DNA of 64,000 bases. It comes from an uncultured Gammaproteobacteria bacterium (GTDB lineage: Bacteria; Patescibacteriota; Patescibacteriia; Magasanikbacterales; GWA2-37-8). Below, in pieces: positions 39,013-47,440 of the stretch; position 1 is the stretch's first letter, and every line of letters begins with the position of its first letter. The stretch lies in assembly GCA_964355175.1 (NCBI GenBank), contig CAYHBZ010000001.1, positions 240,523 to 304,522 on the forward strand, written 5' to 3'. Below the pieces are notes generated by a model. It saw only the letters and a program-made list of their open reading frames with translations. It had not been told where the DNA came from and made no database searches. The translations under genes and the position numbers were made by a program.

Positions 39013-39451
39013 GGCGATACCTTTTCCTTGGCAAAAATCAATCTGTAGTCCTGGAGACTACTCTTCGCTCCGCGGTAGAGCGACCCCGGCCGATTGACAA
39101 TTTTTGTGCACTCCGGGAAATTATATCCAAATCATTAGATATATTTCCCCGGAATACACTTTTTTAAAAGAACTCTTTTTATAAAAAATCACCCTAATCT
39201 TTCGATTTAGGGTGATTGTTATAAATTTTATTTTATACAATTTTACCCTAAATCATTTACCCAAACAAAAGCATAGCGTACCAAGGTAGCTGTCTTCAAT
39301 GTCTTGCGAATGTTTAGATGGTTAAATTGCATACAAAAATAATCTTATCAGAAATTCAGAAAAAGTCAACTGGTCTATCCACATTGCGACCAAAACGCTT
39401 TTGGCCAATGACATTATTTGGCTTATTTTAGCCAAGATTTGCCCAAAGGCC

Positions 39452-39480
39452 TTGACAAAATCCTGTACTTGTGGTATCCT
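39452..39480 (+). promoter_or_regulatory. Putative sigma70 promoter TTGACA-17-TATCCT for the GT4 gene
   Basis: TTGACA 39452-39457. TGgTATCCT 39472-39480. About 33 nt upstream of ATG 39513. Confidence 0.4.
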
Positions 39481-39512
39481 TTAGAGTTTTAATTACTAAG
39501 TCAACGCCCAAT

Positions 39513-40676
39513 ATGCGTATAGCCATGATCGGACAAAAAGGTATCCCAGCCATCTACGGTGGCGTGGAGCGCCACGTGGAAGACTTGTCTCTGGAGTTGA
39601 CCAAACAAGGCCATGATATTTTGGTATACGCTCGCGCTTGGTACACCCCAACTGCTCTGAAAAATTACCACGGTGTACGCGTAATTCATACCCCTACTAT
39701 TCATACCAAAAATCTTGATGCCATTGTCGGTACTTTTACTGCCACTGTTCATGCCCTGTTTCAAAACTATGATGTAATTCATTATCATGGTGTTGGTCCG
39801 GCTTTACTTTCTTGGATTCCAAGATTGTTTGCGCCGAAAACAAAAGTGATTGTAACTTTCCATTGTATTGATCGCTACCACCAAAAATGGGGACCAGTGG
39901 CCAGACTGATGTTGTGGCTCGGTGAAAAAGCCGCTTGTACTTTCCCCCACCAGACTATCGTGGTATCTCGCACTATCCAAAGTTATTGTCTCAACGAATT
40001 CCAACGCAAAACCGATTTCATTCCAAATGGTGTAAGCATGGCCAAAAATATTGGCGATAGCTTGTTGCACAAATTTGATATCAAAAAGAACAAATATATT
40101 TTGATGGTCGCGCGTCTCGTGCGCCACAAAGGCGCTCACTATTTGCTAGAAGCTTGGCAGATTGCCCGTCAGCAATATCCACATTTGCTCAAAGACCATA
40201 AATTGGTAATTGTGGGTGGCAGTACTTTTACTGATAGTTATGTAAAAGAATTACGCCATATTGCGCGCGGTGATAAAAGTATTGTCTTTACCAACTGGCA
40301 GAATGGTCAGATACTCGAAGAGCTTTACAAAAATTGTGAGCTCTATGTAAACCCATCTGAAAATGAAGGGTTGCCAATCTCAGTACTGCAAGCCATGGCT
40401 TATGGTAAACCAGTATTGCTTTCCAACATTCCTGAACACTTGGAACTGATTGAAAATCCAAATTTTTTCTTTCACAATGCCAGCATCACTTCTTTGGCTG
40501 ATAAAATTGTGCAATTGATGAAAGATAAAGCCGCTCTATCCGAGCAAGGTGAAATCAATAAAACGCTCACAATCAAAAAATACGATTGGAAAAAATTGAG
40601 TCGTCAGACTTTGGCGGTGTATCACACCGGTGAAGATAAAATAAAAAAAGCACAATATAAAATCAGGCAAGCTTAA
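39513..40676 (+). CDS. Glycosyltransferase family 4 (GT-B). Start at MRIAMIGQKG rather than the ORF-track 39471.
   Basis: MRIAMIGQKGIPAIYGGVERHVEDL (GT4 N-terminus) ... NPSENEGLPISVLQAMAYGKPVLLSN (EX7E). Confidence 0.75.
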   Translation: MRIAMIGQKGIPAIYGGVERHVEDLSLELTKQGHDILVYARAWYTPTALKNYHGVRVIHTPTIHTKNLDAIVGTFTATVHALFQNYDVIHYHGVGPALLSWIPRLFAPKTKVIVTFHCIDRYHQKWGPVARLMLWLGEKAACTFPHQTIVVSRTIQSYCLNEFQRKTDFIPNGVSMAKNIGDSLLHKFDIKKNKYILMVARLVRHKGAHYLLEAWQIARQQYPHLLKDHKLVIVGGSTFTDSYVKELRHIARGDKSIVFTNWQNGQILEELYKNCELYVNPSENEGLPISVLQAMAYGKPVLLSNIPEHLELIENPNFFFHNASITSLADKIVQLMKDKAALSEQGEINKTLTIKKYDWKKLSRQTLAVYHTGEDKIKKAQYKIRQA

Positions 40677-40706
40677 ACTACACTACTACCCATTGTGTAG
40701 TTTTTG
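40675..40706 (+). terminator. Rho-independent terminator of the GT4 gene
   Basis: AAACTACAC-(11 nt)-GTGTAGTTT + TTT. The stem includes the stop codon. Confidence 0.55.
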
Positions 40707-40830
40707 CTATAAAATATATTTTTGATACTCACCTTTATTTTTAAATAGAGGTGATTTAAAAAGTATATTGAATTGTTCTTTTAAAAAAATGTCATTCCCG
40801 CGAAAGCGGGAATCTATATGTACTGATACA

Positions 40831-40891
40831 AGAGGCAAAAGGTATTATTTTTTTCTAAATTTTAGGAATACATAATACCCTTTGCCTCTGG
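40831..40891. repeat. 18-bp inverted repeat with a 25-nt loop at the left edge of GC island 2
   Basis: AGAGGCAAAAGGTATTAT ... ATAATACCCTTTGCCTCT. Confidence 0.35.
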
Positions 40892-40948
40892 AATTTTCTC
40901 CTGAGGCATCCGTCGGTTGGGCCCGACATTTCCCTCTGGAGGTATCCC

Positions 40949-41458
40949 ATGCGCCACAAGCGCTTCGTTCCCGTGTTCGTGGTTCTGGCCATTGTAGCCG
41001 CGCAACTCTTCACCGGGACCGCCAAGGCCGAGCCGGCCGTCGGCAAGGACATGCGCAAGCTGCACGTGATGAACAATTGTTCCGACGAGCAGTGCTTCTA
41101 CACCGAAATCCCCAAGGGCTGGCACGCCCCCAAGGAAAAACCAAACCCCGCGCAAGTCCGCCAAGTCTACTACCTGGCAGACGACCGCTCGAACCAGAAG
41201 AAGCTCTCGGTCGTTTCGATCACCCCGACCGACCAGGAAAAGAGCGACTTCAAGGAGAAGATGCATCAACAGTGCGAAGCGCAGTCGGCCCGGTACGGTT
41301 GGGACAAGAAAACCTGCCTGAACAACCGGCAAGAACTCAAGCAGACGATGTACGCGATCTGTACGCCCAGCATCAAGGGCTGCGACAAGTTCGAGTGCTT
41401 GAAGGACTGCTACGAGCCGTACCCGACCAAGCCGCCGGCGCGCAACGCCAAGAAGTAG
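40949..41458 (+). CDS. Secreted cysteine-rich 169-aa protein encoded in a high-GC, high-GC3 island
   Basis: Signal peptide MRHKRFVPVFVVLAIVAAQLFTGTAKA. Ten Cys. GGAGG RBS 7 nt upstream. Codon usage is NNC/NNG-dominated. Confidence 0.55.
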   Translation: MRHKRFVPVFVVLAIVAAQLFTGTAKAEPAVGKDMRKLHVMNNCSDEQCFYTEIPKGWHAPKEKPNPAQVRQVYYLADDRSNQKKLSVVSITPTDQEKSDFKEKMHQQCEAQSARYGWDKKTCLNNRQELKQTMYAICTPSIKGCDKFECLKDCYEPYPTKPPARNAKK

Positions 41459-41591
41459 ACGGGGGTGCTACCGTCGACGCGTGTCCCACTCGCCAACAAG
41501 CGGGCAGTGGGACGCAGGCAGTATAAAATATCACTCGCCGCGCAATTTGAAAATAACATATTTGTTTTCAGATTGTGCGAGTGATATAAAC

Positions 41592-41624
41592 GCTTAAATA
41601 TAAAAACATCCGAATTTTCGGGTG
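41592..41624 (+). terminator. Rho-independent terminator (ACATCCGAA-TT-TTCGGGTGT + T-run)
   Basis: A-run, 9-bp stem with one G-U pair, TTTTTTG. Confidence 0.5.
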
Positions 41625-41695
41625 TTTTTTGTTTATGATTGACTGCCTTGCCTATATTTTGTATACTAGGATTATTAAATAAAATAATAATTTAT

Positions 41696-42058
41696 ATGGA
41701 GGAAATTATTAAAAAATTAGATGTGCTTGATACCAAGGTCGAAAAAATCGACCAGAGGTTAGACGAGCACGGCGGTAAGTTCGAAAAGTTTTTCAACACC
41801 CTTGATGAGCATACAAACATACTAGATGAGCACACTGAACAATTGGATATTATCGCTCGTACGGTAGCAGAACATAGCGGACGCCTGGATAGAATCGAAT
41901 ACAAACTCGAAGGAATGGAAACTAAGATAGACAAAGTGATAAATATTTTGGATGATGTGGCTGGGTTGGTCAAAAAGCACGATGAAGAAATAGTGATAAT
42001 TAATCACAATCACAGAACATTGGATCGACGCGTAGAGATACTAGAACAGAAAGTTTAA
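41696..42058 (+). CDS. Small coiled-coil protein with repeated LDEH heptad-like motifs. Start at MEEIIKK.
   Basis: KIDQRLDEHGGKFEKFFNTLDEHTNILDEHTEQLDIIARTVAEHSGRLDRIEYKLEGME. Confidence 0.45.
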   Translation: MEEIIKKLDVLDTKVEKIDQRLDEHGGKFEKFFNTLDEHTNILDEHTEQLDIIARTVAEHSGRLDRIEYKLEGMETKIDKVINILDDVAGLVKKHDEEIVIINHNHRTLDRRVEILEQKV

Positions 42059-42062
42059 ACAA

Positions 42063-42100
42063 ATAAAATATCCCGAATTTATCGGGATATTTTTTATTTA
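42063..42100. terminator. Bidirectional terminator between convergent genes
   Basis: A-run, ATATCCCGA-ATTTA-TCGGGATAT, TTTTTT. Confidence 0.6.
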
Positions 42101-42103
42101 AAA

Positions 42104-42805
42104 TTATTTTGTCGCGATCGCCACCAAATTACGGCCGGTCTTGCCAGTAAACTTTACATTACTATCATAAGACATTTTAATATTTTTAAATCCGGCTCTT
42201 TTTAAAAGTGATTTTAATTCCTCTTGGCTAAAATGATGATAATACCTTTTTACTATCGACTCCCCTTTTCCATTTTTCCAAGGAACAATAAAATCATTCT
42301 CATTAATTTTTTCCCAATCTGTTTTCAATTTACTTTGCGCCCAATCGGATTCAAAATTCCAATTCCTTAAAATTATTTTCCCTTTTGGTTTTAATTCCTG
42401 ATAAATTTTTTTGAGCGTATCCAGGCGAGTGGCATCATCTGGCAAATGATGAAAAGAGGCTATAAAAAATGCCAAATCGAAAAATTCATTTGAAAATTTT
42501 TTTGGTCGGGCGGCGGTAGAAAAAAATTTAACTTGGCCAGATTTAATTTTATCGGCCCATTGTTTCTTGGCCTCGCTGAGCAATCCAATACTTTGATCCA
42601 AACCAAAATAGTTTACTTTTTTACCTTCAAGTAAATAAATAAGCCGTCCATTGCCGCAGCCCCAATCCAAAATATTTTGACCATTTTTAAGAAGTTTTTT
42701 AAACGGTTTGAGGTCGTCTCCAAGCTTGTAACGGGTAGCGGCATATAGGGGGGCGATAAGGTTGTAATCTTCCCGGGTTTTGTGTATAATGGCCTTTGAA
42801 TCCAT
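42104..42805 (-). CDS. Class I SAM-dependent methyltransferase (start MDSKAIIHK at complement of 42803-42805)
   Basis: ILDWGCGNGRLIYLL motif I. FFIASFHHLPDD. Confidence 0.65.
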   Translation of the reverse strand: MDSKAIIHKTREDYNLIAPLYAATRYKLGDDLKPFKKLLKNGQNILDWGCGNGRLIYLLEGKKVNYFGLDQSIGLLSEAKKQWADKIKSGQVKFFSTAARPKKFSNEFFDLAFFIASFHHLPDDATRLDTLKKIYQELKPKGKIILRNWNFESDWAQSKLKTDWEKINENDFIVPWKNGKGESIVKRYYHHFSQEELKSLLKRAGFKNIKMSYDSNVKFTGKTGRNLVAIATK

Positions 42806-44416
42806 ATGGAAAAAATCAAGAGTATTGAAGAAAAAATTATCCGGGAGTGCTATAAAAAACCTCCAAAAAAACCAGACGATATCAATGTGATAAAGCGTCG
42901 AATTTTGCGCGCCCATTTTGGCGGCGGCACACCACCGACTTCGACACAATTGCTTAAAGCATATCATAAACTAGTCAAAGAAAACAAGCTCAAACCCAAC
43001 CTGGCTCTGGAAAATGTGCTCCAGCGCCGCGCGGTGCGCACCATGTCCGGTGTGACTATCGTCACTGCTCTCACCAAGCCATATCCATGCCCAGGTCTCT
43101 GCACCTACTGCCCCACCGAAGCGCGCATGCCCAAGAGTTATATTTCCGACGAGCCGGCGGCGGCCCGGGCTTTGGCTTTGGAATTTGATCCTTATGAACA
43201 AACTTGGCGCCGTCTCGAGGCGCTACGCAAAAATGGCCATCCGATTGATAAGGTAGAATTAATTATCAAAGGTGGTACTTGGAATTCTTATCCGATTACT
43301 TATCAATACTGGTTTATCGCCCGCTGTTTTGAAGCCTGCAATCGCGTACGCAAAACCAAAGTATCGGAAAAAATGACGTTGGATGAATTGCGAGCGGCGA
43401 TGGTAAAAATTCAAAATAAAAATGAAACGGCTAAACATCGTATTATTGGTTTAACTTTGGAAACTCGTCCGGATTTTATTACTCATAAAACAATTCTCGC
43501 GATGCGTGAAATGGGTACCACTCGTATTGAAATCGGTGTGCAGCATATCGACGAAAAAATAATGAAGATGACCAAACGCGGACATGGACTGAAAGAAACC
43601 GTAGACGCAAGTAAACTTTTGCGCCAATACGGATTTAAAGTAGATTATCATTTGATGCCGCAACTGCCATTTAGCACTCCAGCCAAAGATCTCAAAATGT
43701 TACGCCAAATTTTTACCGACAATCGTCTGCGTCCCGACATGATTAAAATTTATCCATGTACGGTCGTAAAAAATTCCGAATTATACGAATGGGTAAAAAC
43801 CGGACAGTTCAAACCTTACGCCGACAAACATCTTCTGCGAATTCTCAAAGAATTTAAATCTGATGTCCCCCGCTATCTACGCATCTCGCGCCTGATTCGT
43901 GACATTCCATCTCATCATATCGTGGCGGGAAATATGGTCACCAATTTACGCCAAGTAATTCAAGCGGAAATGAAAGCCGAAGGAAACACTTGTCGCTGTT
44001 TGCGTTGTCGCGAAGTGGGCCACCAGACCGAGATTGATTGGAAAAAAGAAAAAATAAAAAAATTCGTAGACCAATACGAAACCAGCGGTGGCCAAGAATA
44101 CTTTATGAGTTTTGAAAATGAAACGCGTGACGCGGTGTTGGCTTTTTGTCGCTTCCGTATTGATCCGTCCGGCATCTATCCGGCCTTTGTGCGCGAGCTA
44201 CATGTATACGGACAGTCCGTAGAAATCGCTGGACACAAAAAAGGCGCTTCTCAACACACTGGCTTTGGAAAAGAACTGGTAAAAACCGCGATGGAAATTT
44301 GTAAACAAAATAAAATACCGCGCTTGGCGGTAATTTCGGGTGTGGGCGTGCGTGATTACTATCGCAAACAAGGTGCGAAGCTGGATGGAAATTATATGGT
44401 CTTTGATGTTAAATAA
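42806..44416 (+). CDS. Elp3-like tRNA-modifying radical-SAM + GNAT acetyltransferase
   Basis: KPYPCPGLCTYCP (Elp3-type CX9CX2C radical-SAM cluster) ... IEIGVQHIDEKI ... C-terminal GNAT QHTGFGKELVKTAMEIC. Confidence 0.8.
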   Translation: MEKIKSIEEKIIRECYKKPPKKPDDINVIKRRILRAHFGGGTPPTSTQLLKAYHKLVKENKLKPNLALENVLQRRAVRTMSGVTIVTALTKPYPCPGLCTYCPTEARMPKSYISDEPAAARALALEFDPYEQTWRRLEALRKNGHPIDKVELIIKGGTWNSYPITYQYWFIARCFEACNRVRKTKVSEKMTLDELRAAMVKIQNKNETAKHRIIGLTLETRPDFITHKTILAMREMGTTRIEIGVQHIDEKIMKMTKRGHGLKETVDASKLLRQYGFKVDYHLMPQLPFSTPAKDLKMLRQIFTDNRLRPDMIKIYPCTVVKNSELYEWVKTGQFKPYADKHLLRILKEFKSDVPRYLRISRLIRDIPSHHIVAGNMVTNLRQVIQAEMKAEGNTCRCLRCREVGHQTEIDWKKEKIKKFVDQYETSGGQEYFMSFENETRDAVLAFCRFRIDPSGIYPAFVRELHVYGQSVEIAGHKKGASQHTGFGKELVKTAMEICKQNKIPRLAVISGVGVRDYYRKQGAKLDGNYMVFDVK

Positions 44417-45410
44417 AAAACTCTCGTGCTGATCGGATCAGAGCAATATTATTCGCGCCGGCAGCATACAGCTCCGGTGCGTTTTCTTTATTTATTCCAC
44501 CGATAGCTACCCATGGAATAAATATTTCTTTTTTAATTTTCTTGATTGCTTCCACGCCGACCGGTATGCGATCTTTTTTTATTGGGGTTGGGAAAATTGG
44601 GCCAATACTTACATAGTCCGCGCCCTCTGCTACTGACACTTTCATCTGATCCAAATTATTATTGGACTTACCAATAATTTTCGCGCTGCCCAAAATTTTT
44701 CTGGCTTGCAATAGCGGCATGTCTGCTTGGCCAATATGAATACCAGCCACTGGTAATTTAGCGGCGACTTCGGCACAATCGTCGATGATCAAAAGTATCG
44801 GCGTATAATCAAACGCGGTTTTATCTTTTTTATCTATATATTCGCAAAGAAATTTAGCTTGATTATAAATTTCATTTTTGTCCCCGGTTTTATTTCTGAG
44901 TTGCAACACTTTGGCACCATGATCCATGAGCCAAATTAATTCATCCGTGCTATCACTGACCGGATACACAATTCCAGATTCAAAATATAATTGGAGCCAA
45001 TAATGCGGGGTCGCGGACAACACTTCAAACTCTAGACGATAAACATCGTGGCGTAATTTCTCAAAGTATGAAAAATGGTGAGGAAGGTAAATTTTGGAGT
45101 ATTCTTCGAGCACGCGCAAAGCCTCCTCTAGACGAGAAAAATTGGCTTTCATTAAACCCCAGAAATTGCGTCTAGCGGCCAAGTTGTTCTCTTCACTACC
45201 TTTGCCCACATCCTGTCCAAAATCGCGCCCAGTCAATCTAGTGGCTGAACCTAACAAATACTCCAGCTGTGCCAAAAGATGTCGTAACGGTCGAATTTTG
45301 GCGTACAGAGCCTCATTGCGTAACACAAATCTAGCGGTATCTTCTACCACTCTCATTCCCTCTTTTGCCCTACTTAAATTGGCATCAATTAGCGAAAAAT
45401 CTGTATTCAT
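44409..45410 (-). CDS. thiE: Thiamine-phosphate synthase (ThiE) domain with an N-terminal ~150-aa uncharacterised domain
   Basis: C-terminal half HIGQADMPLLQARKILGSAKIIGKS ... VSIGPIFPTPIKKD ... WVAIGGI (TMP-TPase). N-terminal half unassigned. Confidence 0.7.
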   Translation of the reverse strand: MNTDFSLIDANLSRAKEGMRVVEDTARFVLRNEALYAKIRPLRHLLAQLEYLLGSATRLTGRDFGQDVGKGSEENNLAARRNFWGLMKANFSRLEEALRVLEEYSKIYLPHHFSYFEKLRHDVYRLEFEVLSATPHYWLQLYFESGIVYPVSDSTDELIWLMDHGAKVLQLRNKTGDKNEIYNQAKFLCEYIDKKDKTAFDYTPILLIIDDCAEVAAKLPVAGIHIGQADMPLLQARKILGSAKIIGKSNNNLDQMKVSVAEGADYVSIGPIFPTPIKKDRIPVGVEAIKKIKKEIFIPWVAIGGINKENAPELYAAGANNIALIRSAREFFI

Positions 45411-45485
45411 AAGGCATTTGCCTGGTTATTGGCGTTATGGTATCATAAATATCACTAAAAGCAAGTTACAATATGATCTAGTATC

Positions 45486-45661
45486 ACTCGCGAATACATC
45501 CCTTTCACTCACCTAGAAAACACTCGGATAATTTGCAACTCCCTGAGCCTCTGGCCCTGAACTCGCCTGTGGGCTCAAACAGCAGGGCCAGCCACGACTC
45601 TGGGACTCACAAATTATTTCCTCGTGTTTTCACGGTTCGTTACAGGGATATATTCGCGAGT
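45486..45661 (+). repeat. Copy B of the ~176-nt conserved inverted-repeat element, immediately upstream of glyA
   Basis: 18-bp terminal helix ACTCGCGAATACATCCCT/AGGGATATATTCGCGAGT. Core AATTTGCAAC...CCCTGAACTCG...CAGCAGGGCCAG...CTCACAAATT. Confidence 0.5.
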
Positions 45662-45693
45662 TCTTTATTTTTATAAAATTTTTTATCTATCCT

Positions 45694-46941
45694 ATGTACA
45701 CTCATACACTAAAAGAGTTCGATCCGATTGTTTTGGAAAGTATTAAAAAAGAACAACAACGCCAAGAAGAAGGACTGGAAATGATCCCGTCTGAAAATTT
45801 TGTTTCCCCGGCTGTGCTTGAAGCACTTGGATCTGTGCTTACCAATAAATATTCAGAAGGTTATGCTGGCAAACGCTATTATGGTGGTTGTGAATTTATT
45901 GATGAAGTGGAAACTTTGGCGATCGAACGCGCTAAATTACTTTTTGGTGCGGAACATGTGAATGTCCAGCCGCTTTCTGGTGCACCGGCAAATGTGGCTG
46001 TCTATTTTGCTTTATTGCAACCAGGTGATACGGTACTTGGCATGGACCTATCTCACGGCGGACACCTGACTCACGGACACCCGGTGACCTACATGGCAAA
46101 AATTTTTAATTTCATTAGGTACAAAACTAACGCCGAGGGAAAAATTGATTTGGATAATTTGCGCACTATGGCACTGGAGCACAAACCAAAAATTATTTTG
46201 GTTGGATACAGTGCGTATTCACGCGAAATTGAATATGAAAAAATAAAAGCAATCGCGGATGAAGTTGGCGCTATCACTATGGCCGACATTGCGCACATCG
46301 CTGGCTTGATTGCCGGCGGACAGATGAACAATCCGGTGCCACTTTTTGATGTCGTCACTACCACTACCCACAAAACTTTGCGCGGTCCTCGTGGTGGTAT
46401 GATTATGTGTAAAGAAAAATTTGCCAGCGCAATTGATAAAGCGGTATTCCCTGGTCTGCAAGGCGGGCCACACGAAAATAATATTGCAGCTAAGGCAGTT
46501 GCTTTCAAAGAAGCACTGTTACCTGAATTCAAAGAATATACTGCTCAGATAAAAAAGAACGCCAAAGTACTCGAATCTAAATTTAATGAATTTGGTTACA
46601 AACTTTGTTTTGGTGGCACTGACAACCACCTGCTTTTGATTGATGTGACTATGAAAGGTATTGGCGGTAAACAGGCTCAAATCGCGCTTGATAAAGCTGG
46701 TATCACGGTGAACAAAAATATGATTCCAGATGATACTCGTTCTCCTTTTGATCCTAGCGGTATCCGCCTAGGCACTCCTGCTCTGACCACTCGTGGCATG
46801 AAAGAAGCTGAGATGGAAACAATCGCCACCTGGATAAATGAAGTGATAATAAATCATGATAACGAAACAAAATTGGCTGAGATAAAAAACCAGGTGAAAG
46901 AATTAACCAAAAAATTCCCTCTTTACCCGACATTGGTCTAA
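45694..46941 (+). CDS. glyA: Serine hydroxymethyltransferase
   Basis: [41 protein letters not shown] ... [18 protein letters not shown] (PLP-Lys motif). Confidence 0.95.
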   Translation: MYTHTLKEFDPIVLESIKKEQQRQEEGLEMIPSENFVSPAVLEALGSVLTNKYSEGYAGKRYYGGCEFIDEVETLAIERAKLLFGAEHVNVQPLSGAPANVAVYFALLQPGDTVLGMDLSHGGHLTHGHPVTYMAKIFNFIRYKTNAEGKIDLDNLRTMALEHKPKIILVGYSAYSREIEYEKIKAIADEVGAITMADIAHIAGLIAGGQMNNPVPLFDVVTTTTHKTLRGPRGGMIMCKEKFASAIDKAVFPGLQGGPHENNIAAKAVAFKEALLPEFKEYTAQIKKNAKVLESKFNEFGYKLCFGGTDNHLLLIDVTMKGIGGKQAQIALDKAGITVNKNMIPDDTRSPFDPSGIRLGTPALTTRGMKEAEMETIATWINEVIINHDNETKLAEIKNQVKELTKKFPLYPTLV

Positions 46942-46945
46942 AGGG

Positions 46946-46974
46946 TTGACAAAAACTAAAAAAACCTCTATAAT
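46946..46974 (+). promoter_or_regulatory. Perfect-consensus sigma70 promoter TTGACA-17-TATAAT overlapping the glyA terminator stem
   Basis: TTGACA 46946-46951. Spacer aaaactaaaaaaacctc (17 nt). TATAAT 46969-46974. Confidence 0.4.
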
Positions 46975-46997
46975 GAAATGTTTATAGAGGTTTTTTC
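46955..46997 (+). terminator. Rho-independent terminator of glyA
   Basis: CCTCTATAA-(8 nt)-TTATAGAGG + TTTTTT. Confidence 0.55.
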
Positions 46998-47137
46998 ATT
47001 CTATAAAATTGTTCTTTGATAAGTTTCGCTTACCAATAGCAAAAAGGAAGTATATAATGCTTCTTATTTGCTGTTGGGAGGTGAACGAAACTTTTCGTTC
47101 TGTTTCACTTCAGTAAACCCGAGCCCAAGGAAAGAAA

Positions 47138-47440
47138 GTGCAGATCCTATTTACGATCTTGGTCCCGTCTGTTTTGGCCTACCTTCTCTTCATTTTCGGG
47201 CGGCGACAACTCCGCAAGAGGGAGTGGGCGCGCCTCACCGGGAAGCGGTGGCAGGAACCGAGCAGCGAGTTCGAAAACACCTGGTCATTCCAGGACACGA
47301 TCCTCACGGTCATCGCCAAGTCCGGCGATCATGACCGCTTCGAAGCTACTCGCAAGCTTGCTAGCCAATTGGAGCTCGGACATCCGTGGACCAGCCGTCC
47401 GCGCGAGATTCCGCAATTCGGGGTCTACGCCAACCGATGA
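47138..47440 (+). CDS. Small (100 aa) high-GC membrane protein with a GTG start
   Basis: AAGGAAAG SD 5 nt upstream of GTG. N-terminal TM ILFTILVPSVLAYLLFIFG. GC-rich codons, in contrast to flanks. Confidence 0.4.
   Translation: MQILFTILVPSVLAYLLFIFGRRQLRKREWARLTGKRWQEPSSEFENTWSFQDTILTVIAKSGDHDRFEATRKLASQLELGHPWTSRPREIPQFGVYANR

Noticed and set aside
38657-39048. Plus-strand ORFs 38657-38983 and 38701-39048
   Set aside because: They overlap the minus-strand 38647-39012 ORF, which has the stronger NNC/NNG third-position bias and a downstream hairpin. They are treated as shadows of it.
39182-39232. A-run/hairpin/T-run CACCCTAA...TTAGGGTG as a functional terminator
   Set aside because: There is no convergent gene end nearby on either strand. 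It is possibly a relic at the island 1 boundary, so I did not list it as a feature.
39471-39512. N-terminal extension MVSFRVLITKSTPN of the GT4 gene
   Set aside because: It would start inside the predicted -10 element. MRIAMIGQKG at 39513 is the conserved GT4 N-terminus.
45486-45661. ZTP or THF riboswitch upstream of glyA
   Set aside because: The same element occurs upstream of an unrelated HTH gene. I do not see the ZTP pfl or THF consensus segments.
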